A DNA stretch of 64,000 nt. It comes from Burkholderiales bacterium. GTDB lineage: Bacteria; Pseudomonadota; Gammaproteobacteria; Burkholderiales; JAEUOS01. The notes below the pieces were generated by a model that was given only the letters and a program-made list of their open reading frames with translations, did not search any database and was not told the DNA's origin. Positions 56,467 to 64,000 of the stretch are shown here, piece by piece. The stretch lies in assembly GCA_031362865.1 (NCBI GenBank), contig JANLTH010000003.1:62848-126847 (forward strand). Reading direction: 5' to 3'. The translations under genes and the position numbers were made by a program. Positions within the stretch are counted from its first letter, which is position 1. Every line of letters starts with the position of its first letter.

Positions 56467-57536
56467 CTAGCCCTTCAATCGGCCGGCTGCCTCACGCACA
56501 ATCTCGTCGGTTGATTTGTTGCGCGCGCACCAGCCTGCGACATTCCGGCTTGAATTGCTTAAGCCATGCCGGTCTGGACCGCTTCCCTCGCCTTCGAGCG
56601 TGGTTGCCGCAACGCCCGCCTCGCGCGCTTTAATCGTCATCACGGTTTGCGAGGGCCAAACGACATTGCGGTCTTTCGGGTCGCCCAGCACAAACACACG
56701 CAAGTTCGAATGCACCTTCACCTTGTGCAAATGCTCGGTCGGTTCGTAGGAGTCCGCAAACCCCGTGCTGTCGCGCTGCCAGCCGCGGGTTTGCCAGCGC
56801 ACGCGCGGCGAAGAGGGTGACGAAGTCGGTATCGCGCACACGATGTCGGCGCGATGGGTCACGAGCGAAGCGGTCACATGCCCGCCACCGCTCTGGCCGG
56901 CCAACACCCACTCCTTGATGCCAAATTTCACCTTGAGTTGATCCATCGCGGCTGAAATCAACAGCGATTCGGCGGGGCGGCGGCGCTCCATGTGCTGGCC
57001 GGAAGAGCCGTGGGTTCCAGGCCTGGCAAAGAAGATATACGGCGCACCGATTTGCCTGGCCCAGTCGTCGGCATCGCGCTGCAACTTCGCATTGGTCATA
57101 TCGAGATAGCGCTTGTTGGTGCGCCCCTCGCCAATCCATACGTCGCCGTGAAAGAAAATCACCGCGCGTTCCACCTTGCCTGCCTGAAACCCGGCCGTCC
57201 AGTACTTCAGGCACTCAGCGCCATGTTGCGGGTGGGTCACCCAAACTGCATTGGTAAGCCGGTCGCATTGCGCTTTTGATGCACTTATTCCATTTCTAAA
57301 TCATTACGAGATTAGGCGCACCGACGACGACAGTGCGCGTAGCACGGCTAGGAAGGGGCAACGACATATCGTAATGATTTAGAAATGGAATTACCCCACG
57401 TTTGATGGTCGCCTCTGAGAAGTCACCGTGCTCGGAAAACTCGGCCCGCCCGCCAGGCGCAGCTGCCGTCGCTTGAGCAACCATTGCGACCAGTGCAACC
57501 CACACAACATGTTGTATTCGCTTCATCCCAAACCTC
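56467..57536 (-). pseudogene. secreted alpha/beta-hydrolase (esterase/peptidase-like, GQSGGG nucleophile elbow) interrupted by a MITE
   Basis: The 5' fragment (ATG 57536 after GGAGG, signal peptide MKRIQHVVWVALVAMVAQATA) runs into the MITE and stops at 57296. The 3' fragment is track ORF 56467..57240. Removing the 103-bp element plus one TTA copy joins both in frame. Confidence 0.75.
57288..57390. mobile_element. 103-bp MITE, copy 2 (TTA target duplication), inserted in the hydrolase gene
   Basis: Same 22-bp perfect TIRs as copy 1, flanked by TTA at 57285-57287 and 57391-57393. One internal mismatch to copy 1. Confidence 0.85.
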
Positions 57537-57680
57537 CACCGATACGTTTCGCGCAAGTGCGATGAAACGCTCTGGCGAGCGCTCTCCAAGCTTACGCCAC
57601 TTTGATTGCCCGGCGGCACATACAATCGTCCTTCGCTTCGCGGCCGAGCGCCGAATACACAAATCTCAAAGGAATTCGCC

Positions 57681-58202
57681 ATGCCACTGGGTGCACAGGA
57701 AGAGTATGTCTGGGGAGCGCACGCCAACTGCTACGCTTTTGCCGCCGATTGCGCGCAACCGAATGTGGGCGCTCCGCCACGCACGGCGCGCCCCGGCGTT
57801 GCCACTGGTGCCGCTCCGGCCAACAATGGTGACGTGCCCGGGCTGATTGCGGGGGTGCTGGCCGATGGCGGCGCGGCGGTGCAAACGCTGATGGGAACGC
57901 CCGCGATGATTCCGGTAGTGCCGCCCAACTCCTACCTCGTGGCCATGCTCACCAGCGCCGGTGGTTTCCACTTTATGCGGCGCGATGAGTTCACCAAACG
58001 CTGGAGCTGGAAGGATGCGAACCATGGCTCGGTCAAGCTGAACGTGATGCATTTCCCGACCGCCCACTATGTTTACATCAATGACGCGAATCTAGCCGAC
58101 ATCCTCGTCAACAATCGTGGCAATTACGTCTGGGCCTACAACAACATGGTCTTTCAGCAATTTTTTGCCATGCAAAATAACGGCTTTGCCGTCGCGGGGT
58201 AG
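57681..58202 (+). CDS. hypothetical protein with possible Cys/His catalytic pair
   Basis: 173 aa from the ATG at 57681. Has NCYAFA near the N-terminus and GGFHFMRRD..WSWKD later. No family recognised. Confidence 0.45.
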   Translation: MPLGAQEEYVWGAHANCYAFAADCAQPNVGAPPRTARPGVATGAAPANNGDVPGLIAGVLADGGAAVQTLMGTPAMIPVVPPNSYLVAMLTSAGGFHFMRRDEFTKRWSWKDANHGSVKLNVMHFPTAHYVYINDANLADILVNNRGNYVWAYNNMVFQQFFAMQNNGFAVAG

Positions 58203-58220
58203 CGCATTCGACGAACGGCG

Positions 58221-59657
58221 CTACGAAGGTATCCAATTGCCGTGAAACCCGGGCGGGATGCGATGCGGTACGGTGATTGTGGCAACCGGTTTGGCTGAAA
58301 AATTTTGTGCGTCGAGTATCACTAAATCAGTGGTTTGATTCGCCATGTTGATGACCAGGCCCATCAGCCAGCCCTCGTCTTCGGCTGCCCGCGCATGGCG
58401 CGGCACAAACACAAATTCGCCAGGATGGCGGTCCGGCCCGAATTGGTGCAACTCGCGCGTGCCGGTGTGCAAGTCGTGTTTGATGTAGTGGGTTTGCGAG
58501 AGAAACTCGTCACCCGCTCGGGCCATTGGCACGGCGTAGGCGTAGCGGTAGGGTTTGCCGGTCAGACGCTCGTCGCAGCGCGGAAATTCTTGCGGCGTGG
58601 CATCAAGCACTTGCCGCACAACCTTGCCGCCGGTAGCGTCCATGCTCCAGCGCTCGAAGGTGAGGGTTTTCGAGTCTGGTCCTTGCACACTTTCGGCAAA
58701 CATGGTGTCGTGCACCGCCACATCAACAATCACTTGGCCGTCATCTGTCTCGTAGGCGTTGCACGGGTGGAAGAGGTAGCAAGGATCAAGCTCGCACCAG
58801 ATAATCTCGCTCCCTTGCCCCTCGCGCGGCAGCAGGCCGACGCGGGCGCGGTGTTCGGGGTTCCAGATATAGGGAAATGGCTGCCCGGCCAGTAGCGTTT
58901 TCATCGAGAACGTGACTGGCAGATCAAATACCAGCACGAAGCGCTTGGTAATCATGCAGTCGTGAATGCTCGGGCCATGTTTGACGGAAATCGGCTCTTC
59001 GCGGCGCACTTTTCCCTCTTTGCCCACCACCACGTGATGGATCGTGTTCAGGTTTTCGGCGAAGTAACAAATTGCGTGCAATTCGCCGGTGTCCGCATCC
59101 AGATGCGGATGCGCGCTGAAGGCGTGCTTGAGCGTGCCCTCAAACGGGTTGTGGGCCACCGTCTCCAATTCATCGGTCAGCTCCACCGGGTAGCCACCAG
59201 CTTCGACCACTGCCCACGTCTTGCCTGCGTAGCCAATCACATTGGTGTTGACCGTGTCGCTCGGGGCATGACGTGGGCCAGGCTTGGCCTCTTCGCCCAA
59301 GGCGGAGCTCACCGCTTTAGAACGCACCCAGCGGTTGCGATACCACAGGGCCTTACCGTCTTTGAGGCGCAGTCCATGCACCATGCCGTCGCCCACAAAC
59401 CAGTGATAGGCCGCCGGGTTTGGGGCCGTGGCCGGGTTAGGGCCGATGCGCAAATAGCGCCCGTCCAACTCTGGCGGGATCTGCCCTTCCACCTTGAGAT
59501 CGTCCAAGGTGAGCTCAGCCGTCATCGGCGCGTGGATGCCCGAGAGGAAAGGGTGCGGCTTATCGGGGGCTGCCATCCGGTTGCGGTTGAAGCTGGCGAC
59601 CTTCATGATGCCTTTACCGACGACTTTGCGGATGGCGGTTTCAGCGGTGCTGGGCAT
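58221..59657 (-). CDS. carotenoid cleavage oxygenase family protein (RPE65/lignostilbene dioxygenase-like)
   Basis: 478 aa from the ATG at 59657. IPPELDGRYLRIGPNP, the four conserved His contexts (HWFVGDGMVH, SAHPHLD, IHDCMIT, LFHPCNAYE) and C-terminal PPGFHGNWIP. Confidence 0.85.
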   Translation of the reverse strand: MPSTAETAIRKVVGKGIMKVASFNRNRMAAPDKPHPFLSGIHAPMTAELTLDDLKVEGQIPPELDGRYLRIGPNPATAPNPAAYHWFVGDGMVHGLRLKDGKALWYRNRWVRSKAVSSALGEEAKPGPRHAPSDTVNTNVIGYAGKTWAVVEAGGYPVELTDELETVAHNPFEGTLKHAFSAHPHLDADTGELHAICYFAENLNTIHHVVVGKEGKVRREEPISVKHGPSIHDCMITKRFVLVFDLPVTFSMKTLLAGQPFPYIWNPEHRARVGLLPREGQGSEIIWCELDPCYLFHPCNAYETDDGQVIVDVAVHDTMFAESVQGPDSKTLTFERWSMDATGGKVVRQVLDATPQEFPRCDERLTGKPYRYAYAVPMARAGDEFLSQTHYIKHDLHTGTRELHQFGPDRHPGEFVFVPRHARAAEDEGWLMGLVINMANQTTDLVILDAQNFSAKPVATITVPHRIPPGFHGNWIPS

Positions 59658-59802
59658 GGGAGGATCCTGTTCTGAGCGTGGACGTGTGAGCGGGAAGTGG
59701 GCTGGCTGCCAGTTCAATTGTGGCAGTACGATTATTTTGCCCGATTGCACAATTTGTCGCTGCGTGGCAAGCCGCTTGAACCAACTGAAAAGGAGAGCGT
59801 CG

Positions 59803-60156
59803 ATGACTATCAAACGATCCACCAACACGACTTCAATTGTTGTGGCCTTGCTGCTTGGCTTGGCGATAGCTGGCGCTTCAATGTCGGGCTTCGCGGCCGA
59901 CATTGACAAAAGCGCCTGTACTTTCAAGGGCAAAAAGCTCTACGGCAAGATTCAACTGGTCACGTCTTTCCCCGATGTCAAGGTTCAAGAGGTCAATTCT
60001 TTTCCTGACCTAAAAGTGCAAAAAGTGACCTCATTTCCCGACAAATGTGGCAAGTGGCAGATCGTGACCTCGTTCCCCGATACCAAGGTGCAATTGGTGA
60101 AATCGTCTCCCGACGTGAAGGTGCAATACGTCAGCTCATTTCCGGGCATGCGCTGA
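59803..60156 (+). CDS. secreted protein with six tandem ~11-residue V-x-S-F-P-D-x-K-V-Q repeats
   Basis: ATG at 59803 follows AAGGAGAG. Signal peptide, then VTSFPDVKVQE VNSFPDLKVQK VTSFPDKCGKWQI VTSFPDTKVQL VKSSPDVKVQY VSSFPGMR. Confidence 0.65.
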   Translation: MTIKRSTNTTSIVVALLLGLAIAGASMSGFAADIDKSACTFKGKKLYGKIQLVTSFPDVKVQEVNSFPDLKVQKVTSFPDKCGKWQIVTSFPDTKVQLVKSSPDVKVQYVSSFPGMR

Positions 60157-60247
60157 GAGGGCAGTTTCGTACTTGCATCGTCGGAGTACTTCAACGGGGG
60201 GGTATGCAACTGTGGCGCAGTTTTTTAAACTGCGCCATAATAGCGCC

Positions 60248-61717
60248 ATGAAATCTGATAACAAATCTGATAAACTGCGCCAATTATTGACAAAAACTGC
60301 GCCACCATCAGAGAGCGCTTTAGTTTCACAATTTACCGTTCTGCGGCGCATCCAGCGTGCGGAGAATGGACTGAGTTTGCTCGACATTCTTGGCCGGAAT
60401 CCAGCATTGTCTCGACGTACAGCACAGCGCTGGATCGGCGAATGGTTGGCTAGTGGGCAGATCTCGGCGCATGGTCAGGGGCGGGCTCGGCGTTATGCTG
60501 CCATCGGGGTATTTTCAGCTGAAAAATTGTCCGGAAACCGCGCCACACAATTTATTCAAACTGCGCCATTTCCAGACTACATTTCACTCACTGAAGCGAG
60601 CCCGGAAATTCTCTCCTATCTAGCGCTTGCACCCGAAGCGCGCAAGCCAGTGGGCTACCAAACTGAATTTCTGGAAAGCTATCAGCCCAACAAAACTTGG
60701 TATTTGTCGGCTGCGCTGCGCCGCAAACTGTGGCGCTTGGGTCAAACAGCGGCAATTGAGTCGCCCGCTGGCACCTATAGCCGGGCGATTTTGAACCGCT
60801 TGCTGATTGACCTTTCTTGGGCATCGAGCCACCTCGAAGGCAACACCTACTCGCGTCTGGATACGCGCGAGCTGGTCGAGCATGGCCGCGCCGCCATTGG
60901 CAAAGGCGCACAAGAAACGCAGATGATCCTCAATCACAAGGCGGCCATTGAGCTGCTGGTGGAGAACATTGATTCGGTGCAGTTGAACCACTTCACGCTT
61001 TGCAACCTGCACAGCGCGTTGTCTGAAAACCTGCTGCCCAACCCGGCGGACGAGGGGCGGGTGCGCCTGCATGGCGTTGAAATCAGTCGGAGCGTCTATC
61101 GGCCTCTTGCGGGGGCGCGACTGCTTGAAACACGACTTGCGCAACTGCTGAACAAAGCAAGCCAGATCAACGACCCGTTCGAGCAGTCGTTTTTTATGAT
61201 GGTGCATCTGCCCTATCTGCAACCCTTTGCCGACATCAACAAGCGCACTTCGCGCCTGGCTGCGAATTTGCCGTTGTTTCGCGCCAATTTATGCCCGCTC
61301 ACCTTCATCGATGTGCCCGACGCGGCCTACAGCCGTGGCGTGCTGGGCGTGTATGAACTGACCCAGGTTGATCTGCTGCGCGACGTGTACGTTTGGGCCT
61401 ACGAGCGCAGCGCACAGGAGTATCTGGCGGTGCAGCAAACGCTCGCCCAGCCGGACCCACTGCGCCTGACCCACCGCGACCTCATTAAATTGACCGTGCG
61501 CCGGATCGTTCAGGCCGAGGTGCGCGCTAACGCCACGCAGATCAAACGCCAGATCGCCACCGCCGTGAAGACCACGCCAAGTGCAGACCGCGCTATGCTG
61601 GCCGCATTGATCGACGATGAGCTGCATCGCCTGCATCAAGGCGTGTTGGCGCGCTACGGTGTGCGGCTGGCCGAGTTTGCGCGCTGGCAGGCTGCTGGAT
61701 CAGAGCCTGTGCGGTAA
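60248..61717 (+). CDS. Fic/Doc-family protein with N-terminal wHTH, an intact inhibitory motif and a degenerate active-site motif
   Basis: SSHLEGN matches the (S/T)xxxE(G/N) inhibitory helix. The active-site loop reads QPFADINKRTSR, where the canonical form is HxFx(D/E)(A/G)N(G/K)R. ATG at 60248 is preferred over the TTG at 60173. Confidence 0.8.
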   Translation: MKSDNKSDKLRQLLTKTAPPSESALVSQFTVLRRIQRAENGLSLLDILGRNPALSRRTAQRWIGEWLASGQISAHGQGRARRYAAIGVFSAEKLSGNRATQFIQTAPFPDYISLTEASPEILSYLALAPEARKPVGYQTEFLESYQPNKTWYLSAALRRKLWRLGQTAAIESPAGTYSRAILNRLLIDLSWASSHLEGNTYSRLDTRELVEHGRAAIGKGAQETQMILNHKAAIELLVENIDSVQLNHFTLCNLHSALSENLLPNPADEGRVRLHGVEISRSVYRPLAGARLLETRLAQLLNKASQINDPFEQSFFMMVHLPYLQPFADINKRTSRLAANLPLFRANLCPLTFIDVPDAAYSRGVLGVYELTQVDLLRDVYVWAYERSAQEYLAVQQTLAQPDPLRLTHRDLIKLTVRRIVQAEVRANATQIKRQIATAVKTTPSADRAMLAALIDDELHRLHQGVLARYGVRLAEFARWQAAGSEPVR

Positions 61718-61726
61718 ATTCACGCT

Positions 61727-62530
61727 ATGCTTGACATCGTTGAAATCGTGCCGCCCTACACCGTCATCATCCCGGCGCGCCATGCCGCCACCCGCCTGCC
61801 CGGCAAAATGCTTGCTGATGTAGCTGGAAAGCCGCTCGTAGTAAGGGTTTTGGAGCAAGTGCAATTGAGCGGCGCGCAGCGCGTGGTGGTTGCTTGTGAC
61901 CACGAATCGATTCGTGCGGCTGTTATGGCAAGCGGTGGCCAAGCGCTGATGACGGGCACCGACCATGCCTCTGGTACCGACCGCCTGGGTGAGGCGGCGC
62001 AACAGTTGGGGCTGGCTGATGACGATATCGTGGTCAATGTGCAAGGCGACGAGCCACTGATTGATGTGCGCCTGATCGACGCGTGTGCGCGCTTGCTGCA
62101 CAGCCGCACCGATTGCGCCGTTGCCACGGCTTGCCACCCCTTGCAGCAGGCGGCGGACATGTTCAATCCGAATATCGTCAAGGTGGCACTCGACCATGCC
62201 AATACCGCGCTCTACTTCAGCCGCGCCACGATACCCTGGGCGCGCGATGCGTTTGCGGCGGACAAGAATCTTCTCCCACCAGGATTGCCGATTTACCGCC
62301 ACATGGGCCTCTACGCCTATAGAGTGAAATTTCTGCGCGCCTTCCCCGCGCTGGCACCTGCGGCAATCGAGCAATTCGAGGCGCTTGAACAATTGCGGAC
62401 GCTCTATCACGGCTACAAAATTGCGGTGCATATGTCGCTTGAGCCTGCTGCACCAGGGGTTGATACCCAAGCTGATTTGGATCACGTGCGTGCAATTTTC
62501 GTGTCAGCCCAGGCCCGCCACTCCCGTTAA
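61727..62530 (+). CDS. kdsB: 3-deoxy-manno-octulosonate cytidylyltransferase
   Basis: [23 protein letters not shown] and the VNVQGDEP motif. Confidence 0.9.
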   Translation: MLDIVEIVPPYTVIIPARHAATRLPGKMLADVAGKPLVVRVLEQVQLSGAQRVVVACDHESIRAAVMASGGQALMTGTDHASGTDRLGEAAQQLGLADDDIVVNVQGDEPLIDVRLIDACARLLHSRTDCAVATACHPLQQAADMFNPNIVKVALDHANTALYFSRATIPWARDAFAADKNLLPPGLPIYRHMGLYAYRVKFLRAFPALAPAAIEQFEALEQLRTLYHGYKIAVHMSLEPAAPGVDTQADLDHVRAIFVSAQARHSR

Positions 62531-62552
62531 AATCTTTGTTCAAAATCGATAA

Positions 62553-63218
<666 letters not shown>

Positions 63219-63243
63219 GCGTTGCTTTCCTTAAGGAGGTTGC

Positions 63244-64000
63244 TTGAAGAAGCCCGCCAGTAAACACTCTTCGAGCATCTTCCAAAAGCGGGCGAACGCC
63301 TTCTACGCCCAATCTGGCGGTGTCACCGCAGTCATCAACGCCTCTGCTTGTGGAGTCATTGAAGAGGCGCGCAAACACAAAGACCGGATCGGCAAGCTGT
63401 TTGCCGGGCGCGACGGCATCATCGGCGCGTTGACCGAAGACTTGATCGATACCTCGAAAGAGTCGGATGCCGCGATTGCCAAGCTGAAACATACGCCTGG
63501 CGGCGCATTTGGTTCGTGCCGCTACAAGCTCAAATCCTTCGAGCAAGACGAAGCACCGTATCGCCGCTTGATCGAGGTGTTCCGCGCGCACGAGATTGGT
63601 TATTTTTTCTACAACGGCGGCAATGACTCGATGGACACGGCGCACAAAATCGCCGAAGCCAGCGCGAAGTTGGGCTACCCGGTGGTCTGCGTGGGCGTGC
63701 CCAAAACGGTGGACAACGATCTGGTTGAAACTGACAACTGCCCCGGCTTCGGCTCGGTGGCGAAGTATGTTGCGACCTCGATTCGCGAGGCGGGCTTGGA
63801 CGTCGCTTCGATGTGCCGCACCTCGACCAAAGTCTTTGTGCTTGAAGTGATGGGTCGGCATGCCGGGTGGATCACAGCAGCAGCGGGCTTGGCGGCACAA
63901 ACAGTCGGCGCAGCCCCGCAAATTCTCTTGTTTCCAGAAATCAAATTCGATGAAGACGCTTTTCTGGCGCGGGTCTCCGAGGTGGTCAAGCGCGACGGCT
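63244..64000 (+). CDS. 6-phosphofructokinase-family protein (ATP- or PPi-dependent), 3' end outside the window
   Basis: My own translation from the TTG at 63244 (AAGGAGG sits 6 nt upstream) gives SGGVTAVINAS, FFYNGGNDSMDTA, VGVPKTVDNDL and VLEVMGRHAGW, which are PFK hallmarks. It is not in the ORF track because no stop is reached. Confidence 0.8.
   Translation, partial: MKKPASKHSSSIFQKRANAFYAQSGGVTAVINASACGVIEEARKHKDRIGKLFAGRDGIIGALTEDLIDTSKESDAAIAKLKHTPGGAFGSCRYKLKSFEQDEAPYRRLIEVFRAHEIGYFFYNGGNDSMDTAHKIAEASAKLGYPVVCVGVPKTVDNDLVETDNCPGFGSVAKYVATSIREAGLDVASMCRTSTKVFVLEVMGRHAGWITAAAGLAAQTVGAAPQILLFPEIKFDEDAFLARVSEVVKRDG

Overview
This is a GC-rich chromosomal segment, most likely from a betaproteobacterium of the Burkholderiales/Comamonadaceae type. 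That placement is an inference from a Bug/TctC-type binding protein, slmA, clpS-clpA, phaC and the gene order hisGDCBHAFIE-hinT-tatABC. I call about 73 protein genes and found no rRNA, tRNA or CRISPR.

Housekeeping blocks:
- tyrS, M23 peptidase and anmK
- cspA, clpSA
- the complete his operon followed by tatABC
- kdsB, adk and a partial pfk
- pepP and a ubiH-like gene
- an iron-type ABC transporter

Accessory or unusual content:
1. A more AT-rich type II R-M pair at the left edge (SPPY beta-class methyltransferase plus a BglII-like endonuclease).
2. A roughly 12 kb putative light / photo-oxidative-stress supercluster. It is built around one divergent promoter region that carries two identical 13-bp inverted-repeat sites. 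Rightward lie a MerR/B12-domain regulator (LitR/CarH type), a DUF2256 protein, an FeS-type photolyase and a diiron protein. Leftward lie folE2 and the conserved FAD-oxidase / DUF1365 / CFA-synthase-like / MFS / DUF3833 / SDR / NTF2 module.
3. A cluster of small SRPBCC / VOC / DUF1428 proteins headed by an apparent TetR-DUF1428 fusion.
4. A variable region between tatC and kdsB (54.2-61.7 kb). It holds a BVMO, a hydrolase gene split by a 103-bp MITE, a carotenoid oxygenase, a tandem-repeat secreted protein, and a Fic protein whose catalytic His is replaced by Gln.
5. Several non-coding repeat families:
   - a 103-bp MITE (2 copies, 3-bp TNA duplications)
   - a 166-bp imperfect palindromic element (2 inverted copies)
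   - a 24-nt AT-rich palindrome (2 copies)
   - a REP-like nested palindrome
   - an array of four tandem 30-bp terminator-hairpin units

All protein calls rest on motif recognition by eye and recalled family knowledge. No database search was run. Many long ORFs in the supplied track are antisense shadows typical of high-GC DNA and are not called.
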